A DNA stretch of 64,000 bases. It comes from Eledone cirrhosa (Eukaryota). The notes below the pieces were generated by a model. It worked only from the letters and a program-made list of their open reading frames with translations. It searched no databases and was not told the DNA's origin. The stretch spans positions 218,364,001 through 218,428,000 of the forward strand of contig OZ024741.1 of assembly GCA_964016885.1 (NCBI GenBank), in the 5' to 3' direction. Positions 24,342 through 40,300 of the stretch are shown piece after piece. The first letter of the stretch is position 1; each line of letters starts with the position of its first letter. The translations under genes and the position numbers were made by a program.

Positions 24342-25310
24342 CTACATACATACATACAATCATACAAACATACAAATATACAAACATACATACATACATA
24401 CATAAACTCACATACATACAAACATACATACGTACATACAAACATACAAACATACATACAAACAAACATAGATAGGTACATACATAAATTCACATACATA
24501 TATACGACACGAGGACTAGATGTTAGATATTTTAATGTCAGAATAAATACGAATGAGAGAAGAGAAAGGCTGTCAAAATGGCTGCCCCCGCCTTGTTGTA
24601 TGATGAGAAAGACTGTCATTTGAAACCGTGATATCACATCTCAAATAATTGATGTTAAAGAGTTGTGGAACAGCGGTGACAGACCAGCTTTGCTGCTACC
24701 TGCCGCCATGTGTCACAGACTACAATAATAACTATGACAACGGCGGTGAGAGGTGGCGGCGAAGGGTGGGGGTGGCAGTGGTGAGGTTTGGTGGTGAGGG
24801 GTGGTGGTGGTGAGAGAAGGTGGTGAGGGGTGGCGGTGATGGTTGGTATTGAGGGGTGGCGGTGAGGGTTGGTTTGCGAGGGCGTGGCGAGGACGGGGAC
24901 GGAGGCGGGGATATATGCGTAGGTTGTGAGCAGTGATGATGATGTGTGTTTCTGTTGTTTGAGCCACGGGGCAGCCCACTTGTGTAATCAACAAGTAAAT
25001 CAGTGAATGAGTTCGAATGGTGTGCAAGATATATTTGTTGTTATATTTTCAGACACGGTCTAGCTCTGTAATAAGAGCGTTTGCGTTCGTATTGTCCCTA
25101 TATTAAAAGCAGAGACAACCAAAGCTTATTAGAACCTCAACCCGTTCATGGAATCATTAACCCTTCATCAACGACTTCATGACATCTTTGACTTCTCATC
25201 GACAATTTCAAGGAAACTTAGATTCTCACAAGAACCCATTCCGTAAAAAAATATGGACACACACCAAAAACTTAATGGTTAAACTAGATCCCAAATCTAT
25301 TCTCATCTCC

Positions 25311-28300
25311 ACTATCTAAGTTGTATATATCTGTCATGGTGTACTGTCCTCTCTAGTCTAGGTTGTATATATCTGTCATGGTGTACTGTCCTCTCCAGTC
25401 TAAGTTGTATATATCTGTCATGGTGTACTGTCCTCTCCAGTCTAAGTTGTATATATCTGTCATGGTGTACTGTCCTCTCCAGTCTAAGTTGTATATATCT
25501 GTCATGGTGTACTGTCCTCTCCAGTCTAAGTTGTATATATCTGTCATGGTGTAATGTCCTCTCTAGTCTAGGTTGTATATATCTGTCATGGTGTACTGTC
25601 CTCTCCAGTCTAGGTTGTATATATCTGTCATGGTGTACTGTCCTCTCTAGTCTAGGTTGTATATATCTGTCATGGTGTACTGTCCTCTCCAGTCTAGGTT
25701 GTATATATCTGTCATGGTGTAATGTCCTCTCCAGTCTAGGTTGTATATATCTGTCATGGTGTACTGTCCTCTCCAGTCTAAGTTGTATATATCTGTCATG
25801 GTGTACTGTCCTCTCCAGTCTAGGTTGTATATATCTGTCATGGTGTACTGTCCTCTCCAGTCTAGGTTGTATATATCTGTCATGGTGTACTGTCCTCTCT
25901 AGTCTAGGTTGTATATATCTGTCATGGTGTACTGTCCTCTCCAGTCTAGGTTGTATATATCTGTGATGGTGTAATGTCCTCTCCAGTCTAGGTTGTATAT
26001 ATCTGTCATGGTGTACTGTCCTCTCCAGTCTAAGTTGTATATATCTGTCATGGTGTACTGTCCTCTCCAGTCTAGGTTGTATATATCTGTCATGGTGTAC
26101 TGTCCTCTCCAGTCTAGGTTGTATATATCTGTCATGGTGTACTGTCCTCTCCAGTCTAGGTTGTATATAACTGTCATGGTGTACTGTCCTCTCTATTCTA
26201 GGTTGTATATATCTGTCATGGTGTACTGTCCTCTCCAGTCTAGGTTGTATATATCTGTCATGGTGTAATGTCCTCTCCAGTCTAGGTTGTATATATCTGT
26301 CATGGTGTACTGTCCTCTCCAGTCTAAGTTGTATATATCTGTCATGGTGTACTGTCCTCTCCAGTCTAGGTTGTATATATCTGTCATGGTGTACTGTCCT
26401 CTCCAGTCTAGGTTGTATATATCTGTCATGGTGTACTGTCCTCTCCAGTCTAGGTTGTATATAACTGTCATGGTGTACTGTCCTCTCTATTCTAGGTTGT
26501 ATATATCTGTCATGGTGTACTGTCCTCTCCAGTCTAGGTTGTATATATCTGTCATGGTGTACTGTCCTCTCCAGTCTAGGTTGTATATATCTGTCATGGT
26601 GTACTGTCCTCTCCAGTCTAGGTTGTATATATCTGTCATGGTGTACTGTCCTCTCCAGTCTAGGTTGTATATATCTGTCATGGTGTACTGTCCTCTCCAG
26701 TCTAGGTTGTATATATCTGTCATGGTGTACTGTCCTCTCTAGTCTAGGTTGTATATATCTGTCATGGTGTACTGTCCTCTCCAGTCTAGGTTGTATATAT
26801 CTGTCATGGTGTACTGTCCTCTCCAGTCTAGGTTGTATATAACTGTCATGGTGTACTGTCCTCTCTATTCTAGGTTGTATATATCTGTCATGGTGTACTG
26901 TCCTCTCCAGTCTAGGTTGTATATATCTGTCATGGTGTACTGTCCTCTCCAGTCTAGGTTGTATATATCTGTCATGGTGTACTGTCCTCTCCAGTCTAGG
27001 TTGTATATATCTGTCATGGTGTACTGTCCTCTCCAGTCTAGGTTGTATATATCTGTCATGGTGTACTGTCCTCTCCAGTCTAGGTTGTATATATCTGTCA
27101 TGGTGTACTGTCCTCTCTAGTCTAGGTTGTATATATCTGTCATGGTGTACTGTCCTCTCTAGTCTAGGTTGTATATAACTGTCATGGTGTACTGTCCTCT
27201 CTATTCTAGGTTGTATATATCTGTCATGGTGTACTGTCCTCTCCAGTCTAGGTTGTATATATCTGTCATGGTGTACTGTCCTATCCAGTCTAGGTTATAT
27301 ATATCTGTCATGGTGTACTGTCCTCTCCAGTCTAGGTTGTATATATCTGTCATGGTGTACTGTCCTCTCTAGTCTATGTTGTATATATCTGTCACGGTGT
27401 ACTGTCCTCTCTAGTCTAGGATGTATATATCTGTCATGGTGTACTGTCCTCTCTAGTCTAGGTTGTATATATCTGTCATGGTGTACTGTCCTCTCCAGTC
27501 TAGGTTATATATATCTGTCATGGTGTACTGTCCTCTCCAGTCTAGGTTGTATATATCTGTCATGGTGTACTGTCCTTTCCAGTCTAGGTTGTATATATCT
27601 GTCATGGTGTACTGTCCTCTCCAGTCTAGGTTGTATATATCTGTCATGGTGTACTGTCCTCTCTAGTCTAGGTTGTATATATCTGTCATGGTGTACTGTC
27701 CTCTCTAGTCTATGTTGTATATATCTGTCATGGTGTACTGTCCTCTCCAGTCTAGGTTGTATATATCTGTCATGGTGTACTGTCCTCTCTAGTCTAGGTT
27801 GTATATATCTGTCATGGTGTACTGTCCTCTCTAGTCTATGTTGTATATATCTGTCATGGTGTACTGTCCTCTCCAGTCTAGGTTGTATATATCTGTCATG
27901 GTGTACTGTCCTCTCCAGTCTAGGTTATATATATCTGTCATGGTGTACTGTCCTCTCTAGTCTAGGTTGTATATATCTGTCATGGTGTACTGTCCTCTCC
28001 AGTCTAGGTTATATATATCTGTCATGGTGTACTGTCCTCTCTAGTCTAGGTTGTATATATATGTCATGGTGTACTGTCCTCTCCAGTCTAGGTTGTATAT
28101 ATCTGTCATGGTGTACTGTCCTCTCCAGTCTAGGTTGTATATATCTGTCATGGTGTACTGTCCTCTCCAGTCTAGGTTGTATATGTCTGTCATGGTGTAC
28201 TGTCCTCTCCAGTCTAGGTTGTATATATCTGTCATGGTGTACTGTCCTCTCCAGTCTAAGTTGTATATATCTGTCATGGTGTACTGTCCTCTCTAGTCTA

Positions 28301-31300
28301 GGTTGTATATATATGTCATGGTGTACTGTCCTCTCCAGTCTAGGTTGTATATATCTGTCATGGTGTACTGTCCTCTCCAGTCTAGGTTGTATATATCTGT
28401 CATGGTGTACTGTCCTCTCCAGTCTAGGTTGTATATGTCTGTCATGGTGTACTGTCCTCTCCAGTCTAGGTTGTATATATCTGTCATGGTGTACTGTCCT
28501 CTCCAGTCTAAGTTGTATATATCTGTCATGGTGTACTGTCCTCTACAGTCTAGGTTGTATATATCTGTCATGGTGTACTGTCCTCTCCAGTCTAGGTTGT
28601 ATATAACTGTCATGGTGTACTGTCCTCTCTAGTCTAGGTTGTATATATCTGTCATGGTGTACTGTCCTCTCCAGTCTAGGTTGTATATATCTGTCATGGT
28701 GTACTGTCCTCTCCAGTCTAGGTTGTATATATCTGTCATGGTGTACTGTCCTCTCTAGTCTAGGTTGTATATATCTGTCATGGTGTACTGTCCTCTCCAG
28801 TCTAGGTTGTATATAACTGTCATGGTGTACTGTCCTCTCCAGTCTAGGTTGTATATATCTGTCATGGTGTACTGTCCTCTCCAGTCTAGGTTGTATATAT
28901 CTGTCATGGTGTACTGTCCTCTCCAGTCTAGGTTGTATATATCTGTCATGGTGTACTGTCCTCTCTTGTCTAGGTTGTATATATCTGTCATGGTGTAATG
29001 TCCTCTCCAGTCTAGGTTGTATATATCTGTCATGGTGTACTGTCCTCTCCAGTCTAGGTTGTATATATCTGTCATGGTGTACTGTCCTCTCTAGTCTAGG
29101 TTGTATATATCTGTCATTGTGTACTGTCCTCTCCAGTCTAAGTTGTATATATCTGTCATGGTGTACTGTCCTCTCTAGTCTATGTTGTATATATCTGTCA
29201 TGGTGTACTGTCCTCTCTAGTCTAGGTTGTATATATCTGTCATGGTGTACTGTTCTCTCCAGTCTAGGTTGTATATATCTGTCATGGTGTACTGTCCTCT
29301 CTAGTCTAGGTTGTATATATCTGTCATGGTGTACTGTACTCTCTAGTCTAGGTTGTATATATCTGTCATGGTGTACTGTCCTCTCCAGTCTAGGTTGTAT
29401 ATATCTGTCATGGTGTACTGTCATCTCCAGTCTAAGTTATATATATCTGTCATGGTATACTGTCCTCTCCAGTCTAGGTTGTATATATCTGTCATGGTGT
29501 ACTGTCCTCTCCAGTCTAGGTTGTATATATCTGTCATGGTGTACTGTCCTCTCCAGTCTAGGTTGTATATAACTGTCATGGTGTAATGTCCTCTCCAGTC
29601 TAGGTTGTATATGTCTGTCATGGTGTACTGTCCTCTCTAGTCTAGGATGTATATATCTGTCATGGTGTACTGTCCTCTCCAGTCTAGGTTGTATATATCT
29701 GTCATGGTGTACTGTCCTCTCCAGTCTAGGTTGTATATATCTGTCATGGTGTACTGTCCTCTCCAGTCTAGGTTGTATATATCTGTCATGGTGTACTGTC
29801 CTCTCCAGTCTAGGTTGTATATATCTGTCATGGTGTACTGACCTCTCCAGTCTAGGTTGTATATATCTGTCATGGTGTACTGTCCTCTCTAGTCTAGGTT
29901 GTATATATCTGTCATGGTGTACTGTCCACTCCAGTCTAGGTTGTATATATCTGTCATGGTGTGCTGTCCTCTCCAGTCTAGGTTGTATATATCTGTCATG
30001 GTGTACTGTCCTCTCTAGTCTAGGTTGTATATATCTGTCATGGTGTACTGTCCTCTCCAGTCTAGGTTGTATATGTCTGTCATGGTGTACTGTCCTCTCC
30101 AGTCTAGGTTGTATATATCTGTCATGGTGTACTGTCCTCTCCAGTCTAAGTTGTATATATATGTCATGGTGTACTGTCCTCTCCAGTCTAGGTTGTATAT
30201 ATCTGTCATGGTGTACTGTCCTCTCCAGTCTAGGTTGTATATAACTGTCATGGTGTACTGTCCTCTCTAGTCTAGGTTGTATATATCTGTCATGGTGTAC
30301 TGTCCTCTCCAGTCTAGGTTGTATATATCTCTCATGGTGTACTGTCCTCTCCAGTCTAGGTTGTATATATCTGTCATGGTGTATTGTCCTCTCTAGTCTA
30401 GGTTGTATATATCTGTCATGGTGTACTGTCCTCTCCAGTCTAGGTTGTATATAACTGTCATGGTGTACTGTCCTCTCCAGTCTAGGTTGTATATATCTGT
30501 CATGGTGTACTGTCCTCTCCAGTCAAGGTTGTATATATCTGTCATGGTGTACTGTCCTCTCCAGTCTAGGTTGTATATATCTGTCATGGTGTACTGTCCT
30601 CTCTTGTCTAGGTTGTATATATCTGTCATGGTGTAATGTCCTCTCCAGTCTAGGTTGTATATATCTGTCATGGTGTACTGTCCTCTCTAGTCTAGGTTGT
30701 ATATATCTGTCATGGTGTACTGTCCTCTCTAGTCTAGGTTGTATATATCTGTCATTGTGTACTGTCCTCTCCAGTCTAAGTTGTATATATCTGTCATGGT
30801 GTACTGTCCTCTCTAGTCTATGTTGTATATATCTGTCATGGTGTACTGTCCTCTCTAGTCTAGGTTGTATATATCTGTCATGGTGTACTGTCCTCTCCAG
30901 TCTAGGTTGTATATATCTGTCATGGTGTACTGTCCTCTCTAGTCTAGGTTGTATATATCTGTCATGGTGTACTGTACTCTCTAGTCTAGGTTGTATATAT
31001 CTGTCATGGTGTACTGTCCTCTCCAGTCTAGGTTGTGTATATCTGTCATGGTGTACTGTCATCTCCAGTCTAAGTTATATATATCTGTCATGGTATACTG
31101 TCCTCTCCAGTCTAGGTTGTATATATCTGTCATGGTGTACTGTCCTCTCCAGTCTAGGTTGTATATATCTGTCATGGTGTACTGTCCTCTCCAGTCTAGG
31201 TTGTATATAACTGTCATGGTGTAATGTCCTCTCCAGTCTAGGTTGTATATGTCTGTCATGGTGTACTGTCCTCTCTAGTCTAGGATGTATATATCTGTCA

Positions 31301-34300
31301 TGGTGTACTGTCCTCTCCAGTCTAGGTTGTATATATCTGTCATGGTGTACTGTCCTCTCCAGTCTAGGTTGTATATATCTGTCATGGTGTACTGTCCTCT
31401 CCAGTCTAGGTTGTATATATCTGTCATGGTGTACTGTCCTCTCCAGTCTAGGTTGTATATATCTGTCATGGTGTACTGTCCTCTCCAGTCTAGGTTGTAT
31501 ATATCTGTCATGGTGTACTGTCCTCTCTAGTCTAGGTTTTATATATCTGTCATGGTGTACTGTCCACTCCAGTCTAGGTTGTATATATCTGTCATGGTGT
31601 GCTGTCCTCTCCAGTCTAGGTTGTATATATCTGTCATGGTGTACTGTCCTCTCTAGTCTAGGTTGTATATGTCTGTCATGGTGTACTGTCCTCTCCAGTC
31701 TAGTTTGTATATATCTGTCATGGTGTGCTGTCCTCTCCAGTCTAGGTTGTATATATCTGTCATGGTGTGCTGTCCTCTCCAGTCTAGGTTGTATATATCT
31801 GTCATGGTGTACTGTCCTCTCCAGTCTAGGTTGTATATATCTGTCATGGTGTACTGTCCTCTCCAGTCTAGGTTGTATATGTCTGTCATGGTGTACTGTC
31901 CTCTCTTGTCTAGGTTGTATATATCTGTCATGGTGTACTGTCCTCTCCAGTCTAGGTTGTATATATCTGTCATGGTGTGCTGTCCTCTCCAGTATAGGTT
32001 GTATATATCTGTCATGGTGTACTGTCCTCTCCAGTCTAGGTTGTATATATCTGTCATGGTGTACTGTCCTCTCCAGTCTAGGTTGTATATATCTGTCATG
32101 GTGTGCTGTCCTCTCCAGTATAGGTTGTATATATCTGTCATGGTGTACTGTCCTCTCCAGTCTAGGTTGTATATATCTGTCATGGTGTACTGTCCTCTCC
32201 AGTCTAGGTTGTATATATCTGTCATGGTGTACTGTACTCTCTAGTCTAGGTTGTATATATCTGTCATGGTGTACTGTCCTCTCCAGTCTAGGTTGTGTAT
32301 ATCTGTCATGGTGTACTGTCATCTCCAGTCTAAGTTATATATATCTGTCATGGTATACTGTCCTCTCCAGTCTAGGTTGTATATATCTGTCATGGTGTAC
32401 TGTCCTCTCCAGTCTAGGTTGTATATATCTGTCATGGTGTACTGTCCTCTCCAGTCTAGGTTGTATATAACTGTCATGGTGTAATGTCCTCTCCAGTCTA
32501 GGTTGTATATGTCTGTCATGGTGTACTGTCCTCTCTAGTCTAGGATGTATATATCTGTCATGGTGTACTGTCCTCTCCAGTCTAGGTTGTATATATCTGT
32601 CATGGTGTACTGTCCTCTCCAGTCTAGGTTGTATATATCTGTCATGGTGTACTGTCCTCTCCAGTCTAGGTTGTATATATCTGTCATGGTGTACTGTCCT
32701 CTCCAGTCTAGGTTGTATATATCTGTCATGGTGTACTGTCCTCTCCAGTCTAGGTTGTATATATCTGTCATGGTGTACTGTCCTCTCTAGTCTAGGTTGT
32801 ATATATCTGTCATGGTGTACTGTCCACTCCAGTCTAGGTTGTATATATCTGTCATGGTGTGCTGTCCTCTCCAGTCTAGGTTGTATATATCTGTCATGGT
32901 GTACTGTCCTCTCTAGTCTAGGTTGTATATGTCTGTCATGGTGTACTGTCCTCTCCAGTCTAGTTTGTATATATCTGTCATGGTGTGCTGTCCTCTCCAG
33001 TCTAGGTTGTATATATCTGTCATGGTGTGCTGTCCTCTCCAGTCTAGGTTGTATATATCTGTCATGGTGTACTGTCCTCTCCAGTCTAGGTTGTATATAT
33101 CTGTCATGGTGTACTGTCCTCTCCAGTCTAGGTTGTATATGTCTGTCATGGTGTACTGTCCTCTCTTGTCTAGGTTGTATATATCTGTCATGGTGTACTG
33201 TCCTCTCCAGTCTAGGTTGTATATATCTGTCATGGTGTGCTGTCCTCTCCAGTATAGGTTGTATATATCTGTCATGGTGTACTGTCCTCTCCAGTCTAGG
33301 TTGTATATATCTGTCATGGTGTACTGTCCTCTCCAGTCTAGGTTGTATATATCTGTCATGGTGTGCTGTCCTCTCCAGTATAGGTTGTATATATCTGTCA
33401 TGGTGTACTGTCCTCTCCAGTCTAGGTTGTATATATCTGTCATGGTGTACTGTCCTCTCCAGTCTAGGTTGTATATATCTGTCATGGTGTACTGTCCTCT
33501 CCAGTCTAGGTTGTATATATCTGTCATGGTGTACTGTCCTCTCTAGTCTAGGTTGTATATATCTGTCATGGTGTACTGTCCACTCCAGTCTAGGTTGTAT
33601 ATATCTGTCATGGTGTGCTGTCCTCTCCAGTCTAGGTTGTATATATCTGTCATGGTGTACTGTCCTCTCTAGTCTAGGTTGTATATGTCTGTCATGGTGT
33701 ACTGTCCTCTCCAGTCTAGGTTGTATATATCTGTCATGGTGTGCTGTCCTCTCCAGTCTAGGTTGTATATATCTGTCATGGTGTGCTGTCCTCTCCAGTC
33801 TAGGTTGTATATATCTGTCATGGTGTACTGTCCTCTCCAGTCTAGGTTGTATATATCTGTCATGGTGTACTGTCCTCTCCAGTCTAGGTTGTATATGTCT
33901 GTCATGGTGTACTGTCCTCTCTTGTCTAGGTTGTATATATCTGTCATGGTGTACTGTCCTCTCCAGTCTAGGTTGTATATATCTGTCATGGTGTGCTGTC
34001 CTCTCCAGTATAGGTTGTATATATCTGTCATGGTGTACTGTCCTCTCCAGTCTAGGTTGTATATATCTGTCATGGTGTACTGTCCTCTCCAGTCTAGGTT
34101 GTATATATCTGTCATGGTGTACTGTCCTCTCTAGTCTAGCTTGTATATATCTGTCATGGTGTACTGTCCTCTCTATTCTAGGTTGTATATATCTGTCATG
34201 GTGTACTGTCCTCTCCAGTCTAGGTTGTATATGTCTGTCATGGTGTACTGTCCTCTCCAGTCTAGGTTGTATATATCTGTCATGGTGTACTGTCCTCTCC

Positions 34301-37300
34301 AGTCTAGGTTGTATATATCTGTCATGGTGTACTGTCCTCTCTTGTCTAGGTTGTATATATCTGTCATGGTGTAATGTCCTCTCCAGTCTAGGTTGTATAT
34401 ATCTGTCATGGTGTACTGTCCTCTCTAGTCTAGGTTGTATATATCTGTCATGGTGTACTGTCCTCTCTAGTCTAGGTTGTATATATCTGTCATTGTGTAC
34501 TGTCCTCTCCAGTCTAAGTTGTATATATCTGTCATGGTGTACTGTCCTCTCTAGTCTATGTTGTATATATCTGTCATGGTGTACTGTCCTCTCTAGTCTA
34601 GGTTGTATATATCTGTCATGGTGTACTGTCCTCTCCAGTCTAGGTTGTATATATCTGTCATGGTGTACTGTCCTCTCTAGTCTAGGTTGTATATATCTGT
34701 CATGGTGTACTGTACTCTCTAGTCTAGGTTGTATATATCTGTCATGGTGTACTGTCCTCTCCAGTCTAGGTTGTGTATATCTGTCATGGTGTACTGTCAT
34801 CTCCAGTCTAAGTTATATATATCTGTCATGGTATACTGTCCTCTCCAGTCTAGGTTGTATATATCTGTCATGGTGTACTGTCCTCTCCAGTCTAGGTTGT
34901 ATATATCTGTCATGGTGTACTGTCCTCTCCAGTCTAGGTTGTATATAACTGTCATGGTGTAATGTCCTCTCCAGTCTAGGTTGTATATGTCTGTCATGGT
35001 GTACTGTCCTCTCTAGTCTAGGATGTATATATCTGTCATGGTGTACTGTCCTCTCCAGTCTAGGTTGTATATATCTGTCATGGTGTACTGTCCTCTCCAG
35101 TCTAGGTTGTATATATCTGTCATGGTGTACTGTCCTCTCCAGTCTAGGTTGTATATATCTGTCATGGTGTACTGTCCTCTCCAGTCTAGGTTGTATATAT
35201 CTGTCATGGTGTACTGTCCTCTCCAGTCTAGGTTGTATATATCTGTCATGGTGTACTGTCCTCTCTAGTCTAGGTTGTATATATCTGTCATGGTGTACTG
35301 TCCACTCGAGTCTAGGTTGTATATATCTGTCATGGTGTGCTGTCCTCTCCTGTCTAGGTTGTATATATCTGTCATGGTGTACTGTCCTCTCCAGTCTAGG
35401 TTGTATATATCTGTCATGGTGTACTGTCCTCTCTAGTCTAGGTTGTATATGTCTGTCATGGTGTACTGTCCTCTCCAGTCTAGTTTGTATATATCTGTCA
35501 TGGTGTGCTGTCCTCTCCAGTCTAGGTTGTATATATCTGTCATGGTGTGCTGTCCTCTCCAGTCTAGGTTGTATATATCTGTCATGGTGTACTGTCCTCT
35601 CCAGTCTAGGTTGTATATATCTGTCATGGTGTACTGTCCTCTCCAGTCTAGGTTGTATATGTCTGTCATGGTGTACTGTCCTCTCTTGTCTAGGTTGTAT
35701 ATATCTGTCATGGTGTACTGTCCTCTCCAGTCTAGGTTGTATATATCTGTCATGGTGTGCTGTCCTCTCCAGTATAGGTTGTATATATCTGTCATGGTGT
35801 ACTGTCCTCTCCAGTCTAGGTTGTATATATCTGTCATGGTGTACTGTCCTCTCCAGTCTAGGTTGTATATATCTGTCATGGTGTGCTGTCCTCTCCAGTA
35901 TAGGTTGTATATATCTGTCATGGTGTACTGTCCTCTCCAGTCTAGGTTGTATATATCTGTCATGGTGTACTGTCCTCTCCAGTCTAGGTTGTATATATCT
36001 GTCATGGTGTACTGTCCTCTCCAGTCTAGGTTGTATATATCTGTCATGGTGTACTGTCCTCTCTAGTCTAGGTTGTATATATCTGTCATGGTGTACTGTC
36101 CACTCCAGTCTAGGTTGTATATATCTGTCATGGTGTGCTGTCCTCTCCAGTCTAGGTTGTATATATCTGTCATGGTGTACTGTCCTCTCTAGTCTAGGTT
36201 GTATATGTCTGTCATGGTGTACTGTCCTCTCCAGTCTAGGTTGTATATATCTGTCATGGTGTGCTGTCCTCTCCAGTCTAGGTTGTATATATCTGTCATG
36301 GTGTGCTGTCCTCTCCAGTCTAGGTTGTATATATCTGTCATGGTGTATTGTCCTCTCTAGTCTAGGTTGTATATATCTGTCATGGTGTACTGTCCTCTCC
36401 AGTCTAGGTTGTATATAACTGTCATGGTGTACTGTCCTCTCCAGTCTAGGTTGTATATATCTGTCATGGTGTACTGTCCTCTCCAGTCAAGGTTGTATAT
36501 ATCTGTCATGGTGTACTGTCCTCTCCAGTCTAGGTTGTATATATCTGTCATGGTGTACTGTCCTCTCTTGTCTAGGTTGTATATATCTGTCATGGTGTAA
36601 TGTCCTCTCCAGTCTAGGTTGTATATATCTGTCATGGTGTACTGTCCTCTCTAGTCTAGGTTGTATATATCTGTCATGGTGTACTGTCCTCTCTAGTCTA
36701 GGTTGTATATATCTGTCATTGTGTACTGTCCTCTCCAGTCTAAGTTGTATATATCTGTCATGGTGTACTGTCCTCTCTAGTCTATGTTGTATATATCTGT
36801 CATGGTGTACTGTCCTCTCTAGTCTAGGTTGTATATATCTGTCATGGTGTACTGTCCTCTCCAGTCTAGGTTGTATATATCTGTCATGGTGTACTGTCCT
36901 CTCTAGTCTAGGTTGTATATATCTGTCATGGTGTACTGTACTCTCTAGTCTAGGTTGTATATATCTGTCATGGTGTACTGTCCTCTCCAGTCTAGGTTGT
37001 GTATATCTGTCATGGTGTACTGTCATCTCCAGTCTAAGTTATATATATCTGTCATGGTATACTGTCCTCTCCAGTCTAGGTTGTATATATCTGTCATGGT
37101 GTACTGTCCTCTCCAGTCTAGGTTGTATATATCTGTCATGGTGTACTGTCCTCTCCAGTCTAGGTTGTATATAACTGTCATGGTGTAATGTCCTCTCCAG
37201 TCTAGGTTGTATATGTCTGTCATGGTGTACTGTCCTCTCTAGTCTAGGATGTATATATCTGTCATGGTGTACTGTCCTCTCCAGTCTAGGTTGTATATAT

Positions 37301-40300
37301 CTGTCATGGTGTACTGTCCTCTCCAGTCTAGGTTGTATATATCTGTCATGGTGTACTGTCCTCTCCAGTCTAGGTTGTATATATCTGTCATGGTGTACTG
37401 TCCTCTCCAGTCTAGGTTGTATATATCTGTCATGGTGTACTGTCCTCTCCAGTCTAGGTTGTATATATCTGTCATGGTGTACTGTCCTCTCTAGTCTAGG
37501 TTGTATATATCTGTCATGGTGTACTGTCCACTCCAGTCTAGGTTGTATATATCTGTCATGGTGTGCTGTCCTCTCCAGTCTAGGTTGTATATATCTGTCA
37601 TGGTGTACTGTCCTCTCTAGTCTAGGTTGTATATGTCTGTCATGGTGTACTGTCCTCTCCAGTCTAGTTTGTATATATCTGTCATGGTGTGCTGTCCTCT
37701 CCAGTCTAGGTTGTATATATCTGTCATGGTGTGCTGTCCTCTCCAGTCTAGGTTGTATATATCTGTCATGGTGTACTGTCCTCTCCAGTCTAGGTTGTAT
37801 ATATCTGTCATGGTGTACTGTCCTCTCCAGTCTAGGTTGTATATGTCTGTCATGGTGTACTGTCCTCTCTTGTCTAGGTTGTATATATCTGTCATGGTGT
37901 ACTGTCCTCTCCAGTCTAGGTTGTATATATCTGTCATGGTGTGCTGTCCTCTCCAGTATAGGTTGTATATATCTGTCATGGTGTACTGTCCTCTCCAGTC
38001 TAGGTTGTATATATCTGTCATGGTGTACTGTCCTCTCCAGTCTAGGTTGTATATATCTGTCATGGTGTGCTGTCCTCTCCAGTATAGGTTGTATATATCT
38101 GTCATGGTGTACTGTCCTCTCCAGTCTAGGTTGTATATATCTGTCATGGTGTACTGTCCTCTCCAGTCTAGGTTGTATATATCTGTCATGGTGTACTGTC
38201 CTCTCCAGTCTAGGTTGTATATATCTGTCATGGTGTACTGTCCTCTCTAGTCTAGGTTGTATATATCTGTCATGGTGTACTGTCCACTCCAGTCTAGGTT
38301 GTATATATCTGTCATGGTGTGCTGTCCTCTCCAGTCTAGGTTGTATATATCTGTCATGGTGTACTGTCCTCTCTAGTCTAGGTTGTATATGTCTGTCATG
38401 GTGTACTGTCCTCTCCAGTCTAGGTTGTATATATCTGTCATGGTGTGCTGTCCTCTCCAGTCTAGGTTGTATATATCTGTCATGGTGTGCTGTCCTCTCC
38501 AGTCTAGGTTGTATATATCTGTCATGGTGTACTGTCCTCTCCAGTCTAGGTTGTATATATCTGTCATGGTGTACTGTCCTCTCCAGTCTAGGTTGTATAT
38601 GTCTGTCATGGTGTACTGTCCTCTCTTGTCTAGGTTGTATATATCTGTCATGGTGTACTGTCCTCTTCAGTCTAGGTTGTATATATCTGTCATGGTGTGC
38701 TGTCCTCTCCAGTATAGGTTGTATATATCTGTCATGGTGTACTGTCCTCTCCAGTCTAGGTTGTATATATCTGTCATGGTGTACTGTCCTCTCCAGTCTA
38801 GGTTGTATATATCTGTCATGGTGTACTGTCCTCTCTAGTCTAGCTTGTATATATCTGTCATGGTGTACTGTCCTCTCTATTCTAGGTTGTATATATCTGT
38901 CATGGTGTACTGTCCTCTCCAGTCTAGGTTGTATATGTCTGTCATGGTGTACTGTCCTCTCCAGTCTAGGTTGTATATATCTGTCATGGTGTACTGTCCT
39001 CTCCAGTCTAGGTTGTATATATCTGTCATGGTGTACTGTCCTCTCCAGTCTAGGTTGTATATGTCTGTCATGGTGTACTGTCCTCTCTTGTCTAGGTTGT
39101 ATATATCTGTCATGGTGTACTGTCCTCTCCAGTCTAGGTTGTATATATCTGTCATGGTGTGCTGTCCTCTCCAGTATAGGTTGTATATATCTGTCATGGT
39201 GTACTGTCCTCTCCAGTCTAGGTTGTATATATCTGTCATGGTGTACTGTCCTCTCCAGTCTAGGTTGTATATATCTGTCATGGTGTGCTGTCCTCTCCAG
39301 TATAGGTTGTATATATCTGTCATGGTGTACTGTCCTCTCCAGTCTAGGTTGTATATATCTGTCATGGTGTACTGTCCTCTCCAGTCTAGGTTGTATATAT
39401 CTGTCATGGTGTACTGTCCTCTCCAGTCTAGGTTGTATATATCTGTCATGGTGTACTGTCCTCTCTAGTCTAGGTTGTATATATCTGTCATGTTGTGCTG
39501 TCCTCTCCAGTCTAGGTTGTATATATCTGTCATGGTGTACTGTCCTCTCTAGTCTAGGTTGTATATGTCTGTCATGGTGTACTGTCCTCTCCAGTCTAGG
39601 TTGTATATATCTGTCATGGTGTGCTGTCCTCTCCAGTCTAGGTTGTATATATCTGTCATGGTGTGCTGTCCTCTCCAGTCTAGGTTGTATACATCTGTCA
39701 TGGTGTACTGTCCTCTCCAGTCTAGGTTGTATATATCTGTCATGGTGTACTGTCCTCTCCAGTCTAGGTTGTATATGTCTGTCATGGTGTACTGTCCTCT
39801 CTTGTCTAGGTTGTATATATCTGTCATGGTGTACTGTCCTCTCCAGTCTAGGTTGTATATATCTGTCATGGTGTGCTGTCCTCTCCAGTATAGGTTGTAT
39901 ATATCTGTCATGGTGTACTGTCCTCTCCAGTCTAGGTTGTATATATCTGTCATGGTGTACTGTCCTCTCCAGTCTAGGTTGTATATATCTGTCATGGTGT
40001 ACTGTCCTCTCTAGTCTAGCTTGTATATATCTGTCATGGTGTACTGTCCTCTCTATTCTAGGTTGTATATATCTGTCATGGTGTACTGTCCTCTCCAGTC
40101 TAGGTTGTATATGTCTGTCATGGTGTACTGTCCTCTCCAGTCTAGGTTGTATATATCTGTCATGGTGTACTGTCCTCTCCAGTCTAGGTTGTATATATCT
40201 GTCATGGTGTACTGTCCTCTCCAGTCTAGGTTGTATATATCTGTCATGGTGTAATGTCCTCTCCAGTCTAGGTTGTATATATCTGTCATGGTGTGCTGTC

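Noticed and set aside
24560-24720. YY1/Kozak-like motifs (aaaatggctg, gccgccatg) as a promoter or first exon
   Set aside because: Reading frames from these ATGs stop within 6-22 codons and there is no convincing splice donor.
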